This document shows, piece by piece, positions 13,216 through 26,736 of a DNA stretch of 64,000 nucleotides; the first letter of the stretch is position 1, and each line of letters opens with the position of its first letter. The notes beneath the pieces were generated by a model. It was not told the DNA's origin, made no database searches, and saw only the letters and a list, made by a program, of their open reading frames with translations. A program made the translations under genes and the position numbers. Origin of the DNA: Octopus vulgaris (lineage: Eukaryota); NCBI GenBank assembly GCA_951406725.2, contig OX597839.1, positions 23,312,001-23,376,000 on the forward strand. Reading direction: 5' to 3'.

Positions 13216-14462
13216 AGGCACAGGAGCAGCTGTGTGTGTGTTTTGCTTCCCAACCACTTGTTCCCGGATTCAGTCTCACAGTAGGGCACCTTGGTCAAGT
13301 GTCTTCTACTATAGCCACAGGTCAATCAAAGCCTTGTGAGTGGATTTGGTAGACAGAAACTGAAAGAAGCTCATCATATATATGTATGTATGTGTATGTA
13401 TGTGTATGTATGTATGTATGTATGTATGTATGTATGTATGTATGTATGTATGTATGTATGTATGTATGTATGTATGTATGTATGTATGTATGTATGTATG
13501 TATGTATGTATGTATGTATGTATGTATGTATGTATGTATGTATGTATGTATGTATGTATGTATGTATGTATGTATGTATGTATGTATGTATGTATGTATG
13601 TGTATGTATGTATGTATGTATGTATGTATGTATGTATGTATGTATGTATGTATGTATGTATGTATGTATGTATGTATGTGTATGTATGTGTATGTATGTA
13701 TGTATGTATGTATGTATGTATGTATGTATGTATGTATTTATGTATGTATGTGTATGTATGTGTATGTATGTATGTATGTATGTATGTGTATGTATGTGTA
13801 TGTATGTATGTATGTATGTATGTATGTATGTATGTATGTATGTATGTATGTATGTATGTATGTATGTGTATGTATGTATGTATGTATGTATGTATGTATG
13901 TATGTATGTATGTATGTATGTATGTATGTATGTGTATGTATGTATGTATGTATGTATGTATGTGTGTGTGTATGTATGTATGTATGTATGTATGTATGTA
14001 TGTATGTATGTATGTATGTATGTATGTATGTATGTATGTATGTATGTATGTATGTATGTATGTATGTATGTATGTATGTATGTATGTATGTATGTATGTA
14101 TGTATGTATGTATGTATGTATGTATGTATGTATTATGTATGTATGTGTATGTATGTATGTATGTATGTATGTATGTATGTATGTATGTATGTATGTGTGT
14201 ATGTATGTATGTATGTATGTATGTATGTATGTATGTATGTATGTATGTATGTATGTTGTATGTATTTGTGTCTGTGTTTGTCCCCCCTCTCACCATCACT
14301 TCGCAACCGATGATGGTGTGTTTATGTCCCTGTAACTCAGCAGTTCGGCACAAGTGATCGATAGTACTAAGATTACAAAGAATAAGTCCAGGGATCGATT
14401 TGTTTGATTAAAGGTGGTGTTCCAGTATGGCCACAGTCAAATGACTGAAACAAGTAAAAGAA
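13216..14462 (+). mobile_element. SINE family A with ~890-bp (TATG)n expansion inside
   Basis: 5' half 13216-13375, (TATG)n ~13376-14265, 3' half ending tgactgaaacaagtaaaag. Confidence 0.9.
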
Positions 14463-14506
14463 TATATACATATATACATGTCTATATATATATATGTATA
14501 TATATA

Positions 14507-14583
<77 letters not shown>

Positions 14584-14586
<3 letters not shown>

Positions 14587-14762
14587 AGAATTAACAAAAA
14601 AGCAAAAGACGAAGACAGGTGGTGTAGACAACAAACTGATGTATTAGTTTAACACTCAGGAAGTGAAAAAGTCTTTAACGTTTTGAGCCTATGCTCATCC
14701 ACAGAAAGGAACACGGAAAGAACCAAAGAGAGAAAATAAAGAATGTGTAGTGGCTAGCAATC

Positions 14763-14764
<2 letters not shown>
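14584..14764 (-). mobile_element. (TA)n-embedded short element with degenerate hammerhead (14673-14708)
   Basis: Minus strand: cttt-CTGTGGA-T-GAGC-atag-GCTC-AAAAC-GT-T-aaag; homologous to 39028-39185. Confidence 0.65.
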
Positions 14765-14804
<40 letters not shown>

Positions 14805-15164
14805 ATATATATATATATACACACATACATACATACACACACACACACATACACACACACAAACACACACACACATACACACACACACATACACACACAC
14901 ACACAATGGCTTTCTGCACAGTTTCTGAAAACCAAATTCACTCATAAGGCTTTGGTCAGCCTGGAGCTGCAATAGAACACATTTGTCGAAGGTGCCGTGA
15001 CATGGAACTGAACCCAGAATCAGATAGTTGCATGGTATGCTTCTGAACCACAGCTATGACTGCAGCTGTTATAATGATATTATTCGTAACCGCATGACAT
15101 TGCGGTGGTCTAGAGAATGGTCTTTTCTATATTTGCTTTCTGATGTGGAATTTAAAAACTGGCA

Positions 15165-15441
15165 GATTCCAGTGCCACCTGACTGGCACCTGTGCCAGTG
15201 ACATGTAAAAGCACCATCTGAGCATGGTCAATGACAGTGCTGCCTGACTGGCACTCATGCCAGTGGTACATAAAAAGCATCCTCTACATTCTCAGAGTGG
15301 TTGGCATTAGGAAAGGCGTCCAGCTGTAGAAACCTTGCCAGATCAGATTGGAGCGTGGTGCAATCTCCTGGCTTGTCAGACCTCAGTCAAACCATCCAAC
15401 CCATGCCAGCATGGAAAGCAGACATTAAACAATGATGATGG

Positions 15442-15496
<55 letters not shown>

Positions 15497-15519
15497 GATG
15501 ATGATGGTGATGGTGATGA

Positions 15520-15551
<32 letters not shown>

Positions 15552-15640
15552 ATGATGATGATGATGGTGATGGTGATGGTGATGGTGATGATGATGATGA
15601 TGATGATGAAGGTGATGATGTTGATGATGGTGATGATCCA
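15165..15640 (+). mobile_element. Family C RTE 3' UTR (to ~15432) plus expanded (GAT)/(GGT) tail
   Basis: ~60-bp subrepeats, then gagtggttggcattaggaa..ccaacccatgccagcatgg..gacattaaac and (gat)n. Confidence 0.85.
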
Positions 15641-15720
15641 CATTATAAAAAACCAAATTTAATTAAAAAAAATAATATAATTCCAATTACTTCTTTGAAG
15701 TCTAATCAAAGCATATTTAA

Positions 15721-15941
15721 CCCTTTAGTGTTCACATTATTCTACCAAAATTAAAGCTTTTTCATCCACATTGCCTTGAACTAATCATGCATTATCTTGT
15801 AGCTATGAGATTTTGATGAGGTAGCTGTTAATTTTTAAAACGATATTGTAGGGTTGGTGTGAGAGACCAGATACGGCCAGTTTGAACATAAAGCAGGCAG
15901 AATACTTTTGGCCGGATATGGCCGGTTTAAATGCTAAAGGG
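15721..15941 (-). mobile_element. piggyBac-type MITE family F
   Basis: TTAA|ccctttag...ctaaaggg|TTAA. Confidence 0.88.
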
Positions 15942-17159
15942 TTAAGGCTCAAGACTTTTTTAAAAAAAGCCAAAGTTATGATCAGATTTATAGGAAAGAG
16001 AAAATATTAGTTGATGACTAATGTGAATGTGTTTCCATTTATAAATAGGGGAGGCAACTGTGGGCATGTTTTGCTCTGTTGGAGCTCATCCATCACAAGC
16101 GCACACTCTGCTACGTCTTGTCAAAACTGGTGTCTTGTAATAATGGAAGATTTCAAGAGCAATATTTCAATCTAATAGTATCAGAATATATTTCATTTAA
16201 ATATTTGAAGGAACACAAGGGCAGCATGTCATTAGTCATAATATTCTAAATTCAAATTTTGCTGAGGTCCGCTTCACCTTTCTTCCTCTTGGGGGGGTTG
16301 AGAAAATAAGTATTCGTCAAAAGGTAGGGGGTGGGGTCGATGGAACTGACTTACCCACTTGCACCCAAAATTGGTGTCCTTGGGCCACAATTTGAAAACA
16401 ATATTTCAGGAAATAAAAATAAAGATACCAAAAAAAAAAAAGATTAAATAGGTGACCCACATGGTTCCTGGTTCAAGCCTCACTGCATGGAGCATTGGAC
16501 AAATGTCTTCTATGATAGCCCAGGGTTCACAAATGCATTGTGACTAGATTTGGTTGATAAAAACCATGTGGAAGTTCATCATGTGTATGGGTGTGTGTGT
16601 GTGTGTGTGTGTGTACATACACAATCCACACACTTGTAACATCTGTGGCCTTCTTTGCAAATGATTGGCCACCTGATTTTGGAATTACAGGTACAACTAA
16701 TTTTTTCCAGCTGAGTGGACTGAAGCGAAAAATTTACAGCCTGAGTGATGCCGTATAGGACCCCTTCCGGTTTTTCTGGTAAGTATGTAGCGCCAGATGT
16801 ATGATCAGAATGTATGACGCTATAATGACAGTTCAAAAGGCTCGCATGCATACAAACCCCACACCCTTAATGACTTGGGAAAAAAATTCTTGAGAAAAAA
16901 TTCCAGGTTGAAAGGGTTAAACTGCATCCTGTGTATAAACCAATACGGAAGTGCTTTATTCTAACGAGGCTGCCAGTAAAGCTAAACGAGGAAAGTTAAA
17001 ATATTGCAATTAATTTTAAAATGGAGTCTTGTGGTGGTTGAAATAAAGAATTTACTGCTCCAGCCTGGGCTGTTGTGTTAGTGACAAAGAATATTTAGCA
17101 TGGAAATTACAAATACATTTAATACATCCAAGAATGTTTGGTCTTGTAAGAATCAGTGG

Positions 17160-17545
17160 ATCATCATCATCACCACCAACACCACCACCACACTTATCAT
17201 CATCACCACCACCACTGCCACCACCACCACCACCACCACCCTCATCATCATCACCACCACCACCCTCATCATCATCACCACTACCACCACCCTCGTCATA
17301 CTCATCACCACCACCACCACTGCCACCCTCATCATCATCACCATCACCACCACCACCACCCTCATCATCATCACCACCACCACCCTCATCATCATCACCA
17401 CCACCACCACCCTCATCATCACCACCACCACCACCCTCATCATCATCATCACCACCACCACCCTCGTCATCCTCATCAACACCACCACCACCACCATCAT
17501 CACCACCACCACCATCATCATCATCATCACCCTCCTCATCATCAA
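17160..17545. repeat. (CAT)/(CAC) tract; expanded tail of the adjacent RTE
   Basis: Directly visible; abuts the RTE 3' end. Confidence 0.9.
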
Positions 17546-18010
17546 CGTTTAACATCCCTTTTTCCCATGCTGGCACTGGTTGGATGGTTTAACAAGTTGG
17601 CCAACCAGGGAGCTGTCCAGACTCTAATTGTCTGTCGTGGAAAGGTTTCTACATGCTGGATGCCTTTCCTGATGCCAACCACTTTACAGAGTGTGCTGTG
17701 TGCCTTTTACATGTCGCCAGCATGGGTGCATTTATGCAGTATTGGCACGAGTGCATTTTATGTGGCACCAGCAAAAGAGAAGCCTGTACGTGCGGAAGAC
17801 TGCGATTTTACTTAGCTTGACATTTCTTATCAAGTACAGCAAATCTTCACAGCTCCTGGTCCCTTATCTTTTCCTCAGTGTGGCTCAGCATCTGAAGATC
17901 CTTTCTCACCACTTCGTCCCACATCTTCCTGGGTCCACCCCTTCCACAGGTGCCCTCCACAATTAGGGTTCGGCACTTCTTTACACAGCCGTCCTCATCC
18001 ATACACAAAG
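17546..18010 (-). mobile_element. RTE LINE 3' fragment: C-terminus joined to family C 3' UTR
   Basis: Minus strand reads MDEDGCVKKCRTLIVEGTCGRGGPRKMWDEVVRKDL, then the family C UTR. This identifies family C as the RTE 3' UTR. Confidence 0.85.
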
Positions 18011-18079
18011 ACAGCCATGGATGCCATTCAAATATTCTGGTTTATCGTCCCTCTGTACCAGGACTAACCAGGTGAGGTG

Positions 18080-18567
18080 ATTCCTGAACGCCTTACTTCC
18101 CTGGGCATGGACACATTGAAACTCCAACGTCTGGCAGCTGACTTGGCAGACACCCATAAAATTATCAACCATCGCACAAACAATAACTCTGAGCACCTCT
18201 TCAAACTCCACCCATCTAACACCCGTGGACATATTTACAAAGTAAGAAAACAGCACAGCTCCCATGACTTCAGGAAACATTTTTTCACGCTGAGAGTTGC
18301 TGAAGCGTGGAACAAACTGCCGGCATCGGTTGTTAGTTGTCGGAGCACTGCATCCTTCAAAACTTCCATGCTTCCTGAGATTCGCCAACACTACACCTGA
18401 TTTTCTCCCCTCCATACACACACAAGCATGTATCTGACTCATACATTGTTCGCTTTCCAGACATTTCTACATTACTGCATGTGCTTTATATACACTTTCT
18501 GACAAGTTGTGGTGCACCTGAGCACTGTATACAATAATTTCATTATTATTATTATTATTATTATTAT
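18080..18567 (+). mobile_element. CR1-type LINE 3' end with (ATT)n tail
   Basis: NTRGHIYK..RKHFFTLRVAEAWNKLPASVV..S..SFK is the typical CR1-group ORF2 C-terminus. Confidence 0.88.
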
Positions 18568-18891
18568 TTTTAAAATGATAAATGTTACACATTGAAAATA
18601 ACTAGGTGAGATGAATGTCGTTCTGTAATTCTATTAACAGTTTCAGCTGGTGCCTGTGGCCATGCTGGAACACCTAATGGAATCCACCATTCTTTGAGAC
18701 TAACTGGGTGAAATCAATGTTTTGGTGACAGAGTTAAACATTCAGTGAAAAGAATTGAATAAAATAACTGTTATGTTGATAGAATTATAAGAAATTGTGG
18801 AACTCAACGAAAAGGTCAAGATACAATTCTTGTAGTCGGAGATTTCTGAGAGATACAGCTTGAAATGTAAGTAAGTTATTGGACAATTGGC

Positions 18892-18934
<43 letters not shown>

Positions 18935-19175
18935 GCAGAGTTTTACAGAAGTGGAGAGAAAAAGAGAGGACAAAGCTGGTAGAATCAGCCATTTTTTATT
19001 TTATCTTTTTACTTTATTCCAGGTAATTGTAACTGTTAAGCTTGTTTATAAGAAGGAAGGTGATTAAACATGGTAAAAAAAAAAACCCCTGTTGAATTGG
19101 TCTTTTATGGAATAAGTTGTAGAATCATGTGTGAGATGGATATTTTGGAAAGATTGAGTTTTGTTGCTGGCTGCC

Positions 19176-19790
19176 GATGGTGGTGGTGGTGGTGATGGTG
19201 GTGGTGGTGATGGTGGTGGTGGTGGTGGTGGTGGTGGTGGTGGTGGTGGTGGTGGTGGTGATGGTGGTGGTGGTGATGATGGTGGTGGTGGTGGTGATGG
19301 TGGTGGTGGTGGTGGTGATAGTTGGCGGTGGTGGTGGTGATGGTGGTGGTGGTGGTGGTGATGGTGGTGGTGGTGGTGGTGATGGTGGCGGTGGTGGTGG
19401 TGATGGTGGCGGTGGTGGTGGTGATGGTGGCGGTGGTGGTGGTGATGGTGGTGGTGGTGGTGGTGGTGGTGGTGGTGGTGGTGGTGGTGGTGATGGTGGT
19501 GGTGGTGATGGTGGCGGTGGTGGTGGTGATGGTGGTGGTGGCGGTGATGGTGGTGGTGGGGGTGATGGTGGCGGTGGTGGTGGTGATGGTGGTGGTGGTG
19601 GTGGTGATGGTGGTGGTGGTGGTGGTGGTGGTGGTGGTGGTGGTGGTGGTGGTGATGGTGGTGGTGGTGGTGGTGATGATGGTGGTGATGACAAGGAGGA
19701 GGAGGAGGAGGAGGAGGAAAAGAAGGCGAGGAAGTAGAGGAAGAAGAAAGAGAAGAAGAAGAAGAAGAAGAACAACAACAACAACAAATG
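19176..19790. repeat. (GGT)/(GAT) tract ending in GAG/GAA/CAA runs
   Basis: Directly visible. Confidence 0.95.
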
Positions 19791-20037
19791 ACAGTTTTTT
19801 TTTCTTTAAAGTTTGGACAGAGTAACTTTTCATTGAGAAATCTGTGTCCCGAGGTGGGTGTGGGTGGTTGGCAGGGGTGGAGACTAAAAAAGACATTTGA
19901 TGAAACTGGTCACGCATGAATGACAGTGTATCAGGTTTAAGAACAACAATAACAACAATTTGGATGAAAATTATTTCAAGAGAAAAATTAGCATATACAA
20001 TGCATATATATATATGTGTGTGTGTGTATGAATATAT

Positions 20038-20089
<52 letters not shown>

Positions 20090-20125
20090 CATACATATTT
20101 ATTCATTTTTTCATTCAATCAATGC

Positions 20126-20221
<96 letters not shown>

Positions 20222-20357
20222 ATAGAGAGATAGATAGAGATCTCTAGATGGATAGATAAATACAGATAAATATATACATACATATATACATATGTGTATA
20301 TACATTTATACATATATATGTATATATAACATTATATACATATATATATGTATACAC

Positions 20358-20411
<54 letters not shown>

Positions 20412-20902
20412 ATGTGTGTATTTATACATATGCATGCATGTATGTATGTATGTATATATAATCACTTGCTAAACAACAAGACCTAATCATGTTTATTGTG
20501 GTTAATGAAGCAAACAGCCTAATTACAAATATCTTATGAAAAGCACGCATCAATTTCATATCTGACATTTTGTTGAAAATTGACGGCCATCACACACACA
20601 CACACACAGAGAAATATATTTCTTCTTCTCATTTCATTTATTTCTTACTTATTTCTCATTCTTCTGCTGAACAATGGCATCAATTCCAAGAAGCCAATCA
20701 ATGGTTCACTGCTTCTCTCAAAGTTAGAAGGAATCATTTGTGCAAATGTGCAGCAAATACCAAACTCTGGTTTTTTTTCCTGTTTCAAAGCAAATAGGTT
20801 TTTCTGCTCTGGGGGATGATGTTTACACTTTCCACACAGGAAAACAAATAAATCAATCAATACACACACACACACACACACATATATTTTCTTCTTTTTT
20901 TA

Positions 20903-21140
20903 TCTTCTTACTTGTTTAAGTCATTTTGCCAGTGGCCATGCTGGAGCACTGTCTGTAGTCGAACAAATCTACCCCGGGATTTATACTTTGTAGTAAGCCT
21001 ACTACTTATTCTATCAGTCTCTTTTTGCCAAAACGCTAAGTGACGGGGACGTAAACACACCAGCATCACATGTCAAGCGATGGTGGTGGGGACAAATACA
21101 GACACAAATAACAAATACATACATACATGGCAATATATAT

Positions 21141-21217
<77 letters not shown>

Positions 21218-21392
21218 ATATGTATATATATATATATATGCTGGGCTTCTCTCAGTTTCCATCTACCAAATCCACTCACAAGGCTTTGGTTGGGCCAAGG
21301 TTATAGTAGAAAACACTTGCCCAAGGTGCCACAGTAGGACTGAACCTGGAACCATGTGGTTGGGAAGCAAGCTTCTTACCACACAGCCACTC
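20903..21392 (-). mobile_element. SINE family A, near full length
   Basis: Homology to other A copies. Confidence 0.88.
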
Positions 21393-21792
21393 ATATGTAT
21401 ATACATATACACACACATACATACACACAGATTTACATGCATATACATACATATATGCACGGATACACACACATACATGCATACACACACACATATATAC
21501 ATACATACATATGCTCACATACATACATACATTTCTATTCATACACACACACACATGCATATATATATATATAAGATGCAGGTATGGTTATGTGGTGAAG
21601 AACGTTGCTTCAGAACCATGAAGTTACAGGTTCACTTCCAGTAAGCATCTGGGTCAAGCTGTTCTTCCCTCTTTCTTACAACAATGTGCTGGTTAATGAA
21701 GTCCTACAAAAAACATCACTTGGTCACTTTTGTATTTTTTCAATATTTTCCCCTTTTTCACATTTTTTATTTCCTCTCATTTTGTTCTTTAC

Positions 21793-22668
21793 TTTTCAAA
21801 TTCTGCTGAGGTCGACTTTGCATTTCATCCTTTCGGGGTCAATAAATTAAGTACCAGTTATGCACTGGGGTCGATATAATCAACTTAATCCGTTAATCTG
21901 TCCTTGTTTGTCCCCTGTGTTTAGCCCCTTGTGGGTAGTAAAGAAATAGATATTTCCTCCTTCTTTAAATTCTGAGTTCAAATTCTGCTGAGGTCGACTT
22001 TGCATTTCATCCTTTCGGGGTCAATAAATTAAGTACCAGTTATGCACTGGGGTCGATATAATCAACTTAATCCGTTTGTCTGTCCTTGTTTGTCCCCTCT
22101 GTGTTTAGCCCCTTGTGGGTAGTAAAGAAATAGATATTTCCTCCTTCTTTAAATTCTGAGTTCAAATTCTGCTGAGGTCGACTTTGCCTTTCATCCTTTC
22201 GGGGTCAATAAATTAAGTACCAGTTATGCACTGAGGTCGATATAATCAACTTAATCCGTTTGTCTGTCCTTGTTTGTCCCCTCTGTGTTTAGCCCCTTGT
22301 GGGTAGTAAAGAAATAGGTAGTTCCTCCTTCTTTACATTCTGAGTTCAAATTCTGCTGAGGTCGACTTTGCCTTTCATCCTTTTGGGGCCAATAAATTAA
22401 GTACCAGTTATGCACTGGGGTCGATATAATCAACTTAATCCGTTTGTCTGTCCTTGTTTGTCCCCTCTGTGTTTAGCCTCTTGTGGGTAGTAAAGAAATA
22501 GGTATTTCTTCCTTCTTTACATTCTGAGTTCAAATTCTGCTGAAGTCGACTTTGCATTTCATCCTTTTGGGGTTGATAAATTTAGTAGCAGTTGCACACT
22601 GGGGTCGATCTAATTCATTGGTTCCCTCCAAAAAAATTTCGGACCTTGTACCTAGAGTAGAAAAGAAT
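21793..22668 (+). repeat. Tandem array of SINE B units (~184 bp x4, B1 tail) plus a final B2-tailed unit
   Basis: gtcgac core at 21811, 21993, 22177, 22361 and 22545. Confidence 0.93.
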
Positions 22669-22897
22669 TCTGCTGGTTTGCTTCTCTTGTAATATTCCTT
22701 TCTAATTTTGACCCAGGGTCACCAATTTTGAGGGGAGGGGATAATTTGATTACATTGATCCTTGTTCCCAACTGGTATTTATTTTATTAACCCTGGAAGG
22801 ATGAGAGGTTAAGCCAACATTGGCAGGATTTGAACTCAGAAGTCAAAAGTCAGAAAAAATGCTCTTAATTATTTATTTAAAGTATATATACAGATAT

Positions 22898-23060
22898 AGG
22901 TGGAGGCGGGGCTGTGTGGTAAGATGCTTGTTTCCCAACCACATGGTTCCAGGTTCAGTCTCACTGTGTGGCATCTTGGGCAAATGTCTTCTACTACAGC
23001 CCCAGGCTGACCTGAGCCTTGTGAGTGGATTTGGTAGACAGAAACTGAAGGAAGCTTGTC

Positions 23061-23107
<47 letters not shown>

Positions 23108-23300
23108 TTGCCCCACCCTCACTTGACAATCAATGCTGGCATGTTTATGTCCCTGTAACTTAGCGGTTCAGCAAAAGAGACTGATAGAATAAGTATGAGG
23201 CTTACAAAGAATAAGTTCTGGGGTTGATTTCTTTGAGCAAAACCCTTTAAGGTGATGCTCCAGTATGGCCACAGTCAAATGACTGAAACAAAGCTTCCCG

Positions 23301-23348
<48 letters not shown>

Positions 23349-23553
23349 CTGTGTTTGTCCCCCTAGTATTGCTTGACAACTGATGCTGGTGTATTTACGT
23401 CCCCGTCACTTAACGGTTCGGCAAAAGTGAACGATAGAATAAGTACTGGGCTTACAAAGAATAAGTCCCGGGGTCGATTTGCTCGACTAAAGGCGGTGCT
23501 CCAGCATGGCCACAGTCAAATGACTGAAACAAGTAAAAGAGTAAAAGAGTAAA
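22898..23553 (+). mobile_element. SINE A copy (22898-23292) followed by a second A 3' half (~23340-23553)
   Basis: Two successive A tails. Confidence 0.87.
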
Positions 23554-23753
23554 GTGAATATATACATCAGCATGATCACCATTGTTTAATGTTCGTCTTC
23601 CATGCTGGCATGGGTGGGATGGTTTGACAAAAGCCAGCCAGGCAGAAGCTTGCACCAGACCTCTGAAACTTTTTTCGGCAGGGGTTTTACAGCTGGATGC
23701 CCTTCCTAACACCAACCACTCAGCAGAATGTTGCATTAGATATCAGATTCTTG

Positions 23754-24230
23754 CCCTTTGATATGACCCTGCTTCAGACTCTCTCCGGTTCTATGATATA
23801 AAAAAAAACTCCATTTTAATGTGTTCTAAATGAAGACCTTCCCTCAAGACTTTATGTTAGTTTATGTTCCAAATACCAACCTAAAAAGGACAAAGTTATT
23901 TTCCCAAATTCTTCATATTTTCAAAATTAGTTGAAACAAGGTCAGTGCATTTCAATAGAAATATGGTAAATAAAAGGTTAAAGTGATCTAAATTAAAACC
24001 TGCCATCAGAATTTCATTTTAATTTGTTCCAAAAACCAGTTTAGTAACAATTATGTTATTCTACCAAATTCTTCATTATTTTTGCATTTCGACAAAAATA
24101 TGCTAAGAAAAGGGTTAAAGTGATCTAAATTCAAAACCTTCCATCAAAATTTTAGGTTATGTTCCAACAACCAGCTTCATAATGTCAAAATTCTTCATTA
24201 TTTTCAAAATCAATGTATTTCGACAGAAAT
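23754..24230 (+). mobile_element. Degenerate TTAA-type MITE with tandemly repeated right half
   Basis: Three diverged units containing tgttccaa..ccaaattcttcat..atttc; two end in aaa(g)ggttaa. Confidence 0.55.
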
Positions 24231-24954
24231 TTGATGGGGGATATGATTTAGCAATGAATTAGCTGCCCTTTCTAGCAATCCCTTGTGCTATATAGAAGCT
24301 TCCTTTTTGTTGTTGTTGATCGTTTCCAGTTTGTTGAACAAAATCAAACAGACGGCAGAGATTAAGCTTAAGCCGTGCACGGGATTTACACTGACAAGAT
24401 TATATGCAAATATGTGCAGGGCTTGGCCTGCATTGAGCGGTTGCCTTAATGAAATGCAGCATGCAGAAGCATGCAGCGGCAACAGATGGCAACATTCAAC
24501 AGATTGCACTCAGTCTGCAGTTTGTGTGAGTCAGCAACAGGGATGGATCCCTTTTATTATTTAGGTTCCTTTGGAAGATAAAATGGTAAAAGATGATAGT
24601 TGTGGTGGTGGTGGTGGTGGCGGCGGTGGTGGTGGTGGTGGTGGCGGTGGTGGTGGTGGTGGTGTTGGCGGTTGTGGTGTTGGTAGCGGTTGTGGTGGTG
24701 GTGGTGGTAGTGCTTGGAGTAGTAGTCATGGTGGTAGTGGTGGTGGCGGCGGCAGTGGTAGTGGTGGTAGTGGTGGTGGCGGTGGTGGTGGTGGTGGTGG
24801 TGGTGGTGGTGGTAGTGCTTGCAGTAGTAGTGATGGTGGTAATGGTGATGGTGATGGTGGAGGCAGTGCTGGGTGTAGAGGTGGTATACCCTGACAGGTA
24901 AAGATGAAAATGGGCAGGGGGTAGGTTTGTTGTTGTAGTTGTTATTGACGATGG

Positions 24955-24992
<38 letters not shown>

Positions 24993-25649
24993 GGGTACAA
25001 GGTAGGAATGGAAGTGGTGATTAGAATGATGATAGCACAACATTGATCATGAAGATGGTAGTGGTGGTGGTGGTGCAGGTAAAATCAAGGATATCGATAT
25101 TGGTGGTGGTCGTGGTGGTAGTGGTTGTATTGGCAGTGGGATGTGGAGGCTACTGCGTTAAGATGGTGGTGGTGGTGGTGGTGGAGGTAGTAGTGATGGT
25201 GTAGTGGTGGTGATGGTGTCGGTGGTGGTGGTGGTGGTGGTGGTGATAGTAGTGGTAGTGATGCAGGTGGTGATGGTGACGGTGGTAGTTGTAGTGGTGG
25301 GGTGGGGGATGATGGTGGCAAACACCAGATTTCAAACTGTTTCACAACAGAAACTTTTTAATTTCCTTTTCAACCACAACAACAAAACTTACAAAAAAAA
25401 ATAAATAACAGAAAAAAAAAAAAAAAACCTCCTGTATTATTTGACCAGGTTTGACCTAAATATTGGAATGAGGTCATCAGAGAAACATTGATCCAGCTGG
25501 GAGTCGGGGGGTGGGGGTGGAGGACGACAGGCGGTTAATTATGAGGAATGACCAAAATAAAGAAGAAACAATATTCCAGTCCCCCATGAACACCTCAGAC
25601 ACAGTGCAAAAATGTCAATAATTGTTGTTGTTATTATTATTATTATTAT

Positions 25650-25869
25650 TGAAGCCGGTGAGCTGGCAGAACTGTTAGAACGCTGGGTGAAATGCCTAGT
25701 GGTATTTCATCCATCTTTATGTTCTGAGTTCAAATTCCGCTGAGGTCAACTTTGCTCTTCATCCTCTTTTGAGTCGATTAAATAAGTACCAGTTATGCAC
25801 TGGGGTTGATGTAATCAACTTAATCCTTTCCCCCAAGATGCCCCTGTGGCAAAAATACAAAACTATTAT

Positions 25870-25955
<86 letters not shown>

Positions 25956-26160
25956 GGAGGCAATCGTTAGCATGCTGGGTGAAATGCTTAGCGATATTTT
26001 GTCTGTCTTCATGATCTGATTCAAATTCTGTTGAGGTCGACTTCGCCTCTCATCCTTTCAGGGTTGATAAATTAAGTACCAGTGAAACATTGGGGTCAAT
26101 GTAATCAACTAGTCCCCTTCCCCAAAATTTCAGGCCTTATGCCTATGTTAGAAAGGATTA
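25650..26160 (+). mobile_element. Two SINE B2 copies separated by (ATT)n
   Basis: B core at ~25740 and ~26035, each ending in (att)n. Confidence 0.85.
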
Positions 26161-26197
26161 TTACTATTATCAGTATTATTATTATTATTATTATTAC

Positions 26198-26669
26198 TTT
26201 TTTTTTTCTTCTTTCAAATTTGCTTCCATTTCTTGCCGAGTGTCTTCCCGACTCCTAGGGCAAAGAAACTCATAGTATACTTTGGTAGGCCATTAAACCA
26301 AACTCAGTAGTTCGTTCATTTTTAAAAAATTTTTTTTTTTAAAGTTAAATTAAAATACATGAGCAGCAACAGTTCTCACATCGACAATGCTCTTCTCAAT
26401 ACGTGTGATGTACCAGTTAAGACAATCTTTTGCACTTCTTGCAGGGATGGTAAGCCAGGGATCATTCTCATATAATTTTCGGTTCCCTTCTTGATCATTC
26501 CTAGTGCTCCTACGATCACTGGTATTGTAACCGCCTTGAGATGCCACATTTTCTCAATTTCAATGAGTAGGTCTTTATATTTTCTGAGCTTGTCAAACTC
26601 TTTCGCTGAGATATTATGATCACAGGGGATGCTCATGTCGATCAATAAGCAAACTTTATTGTTTTGGTG

Positions 26670-26670
<1 letters not shown>
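26198..26670 (-). mobile_element. R4/Dong-clade retrotransposon 3' fragment (restriction-like endonuclease C-terminus plus 3' UTR)
   Basis: LIDMSIPCDHNISAKEFDKLRKYKDLLIEIEKMW..IPVIVGALG; flanked on both sides by (TAA)n on its sense strand. Confidence 0.88.

Positions 26671-26734
<64 letters not shown>

Positions 26735-26736
<2 letters not shown>

Noticed and set aside
24330-24525. AG...GTGAGT-bounded open frame
   Set aside because: 196 nt, not frame-preserving, no recognisable homology; too weak to call.
24886-24906. miR-8-like caggtaaagatg
   Set aside because: Seed region absent and no hairpin.
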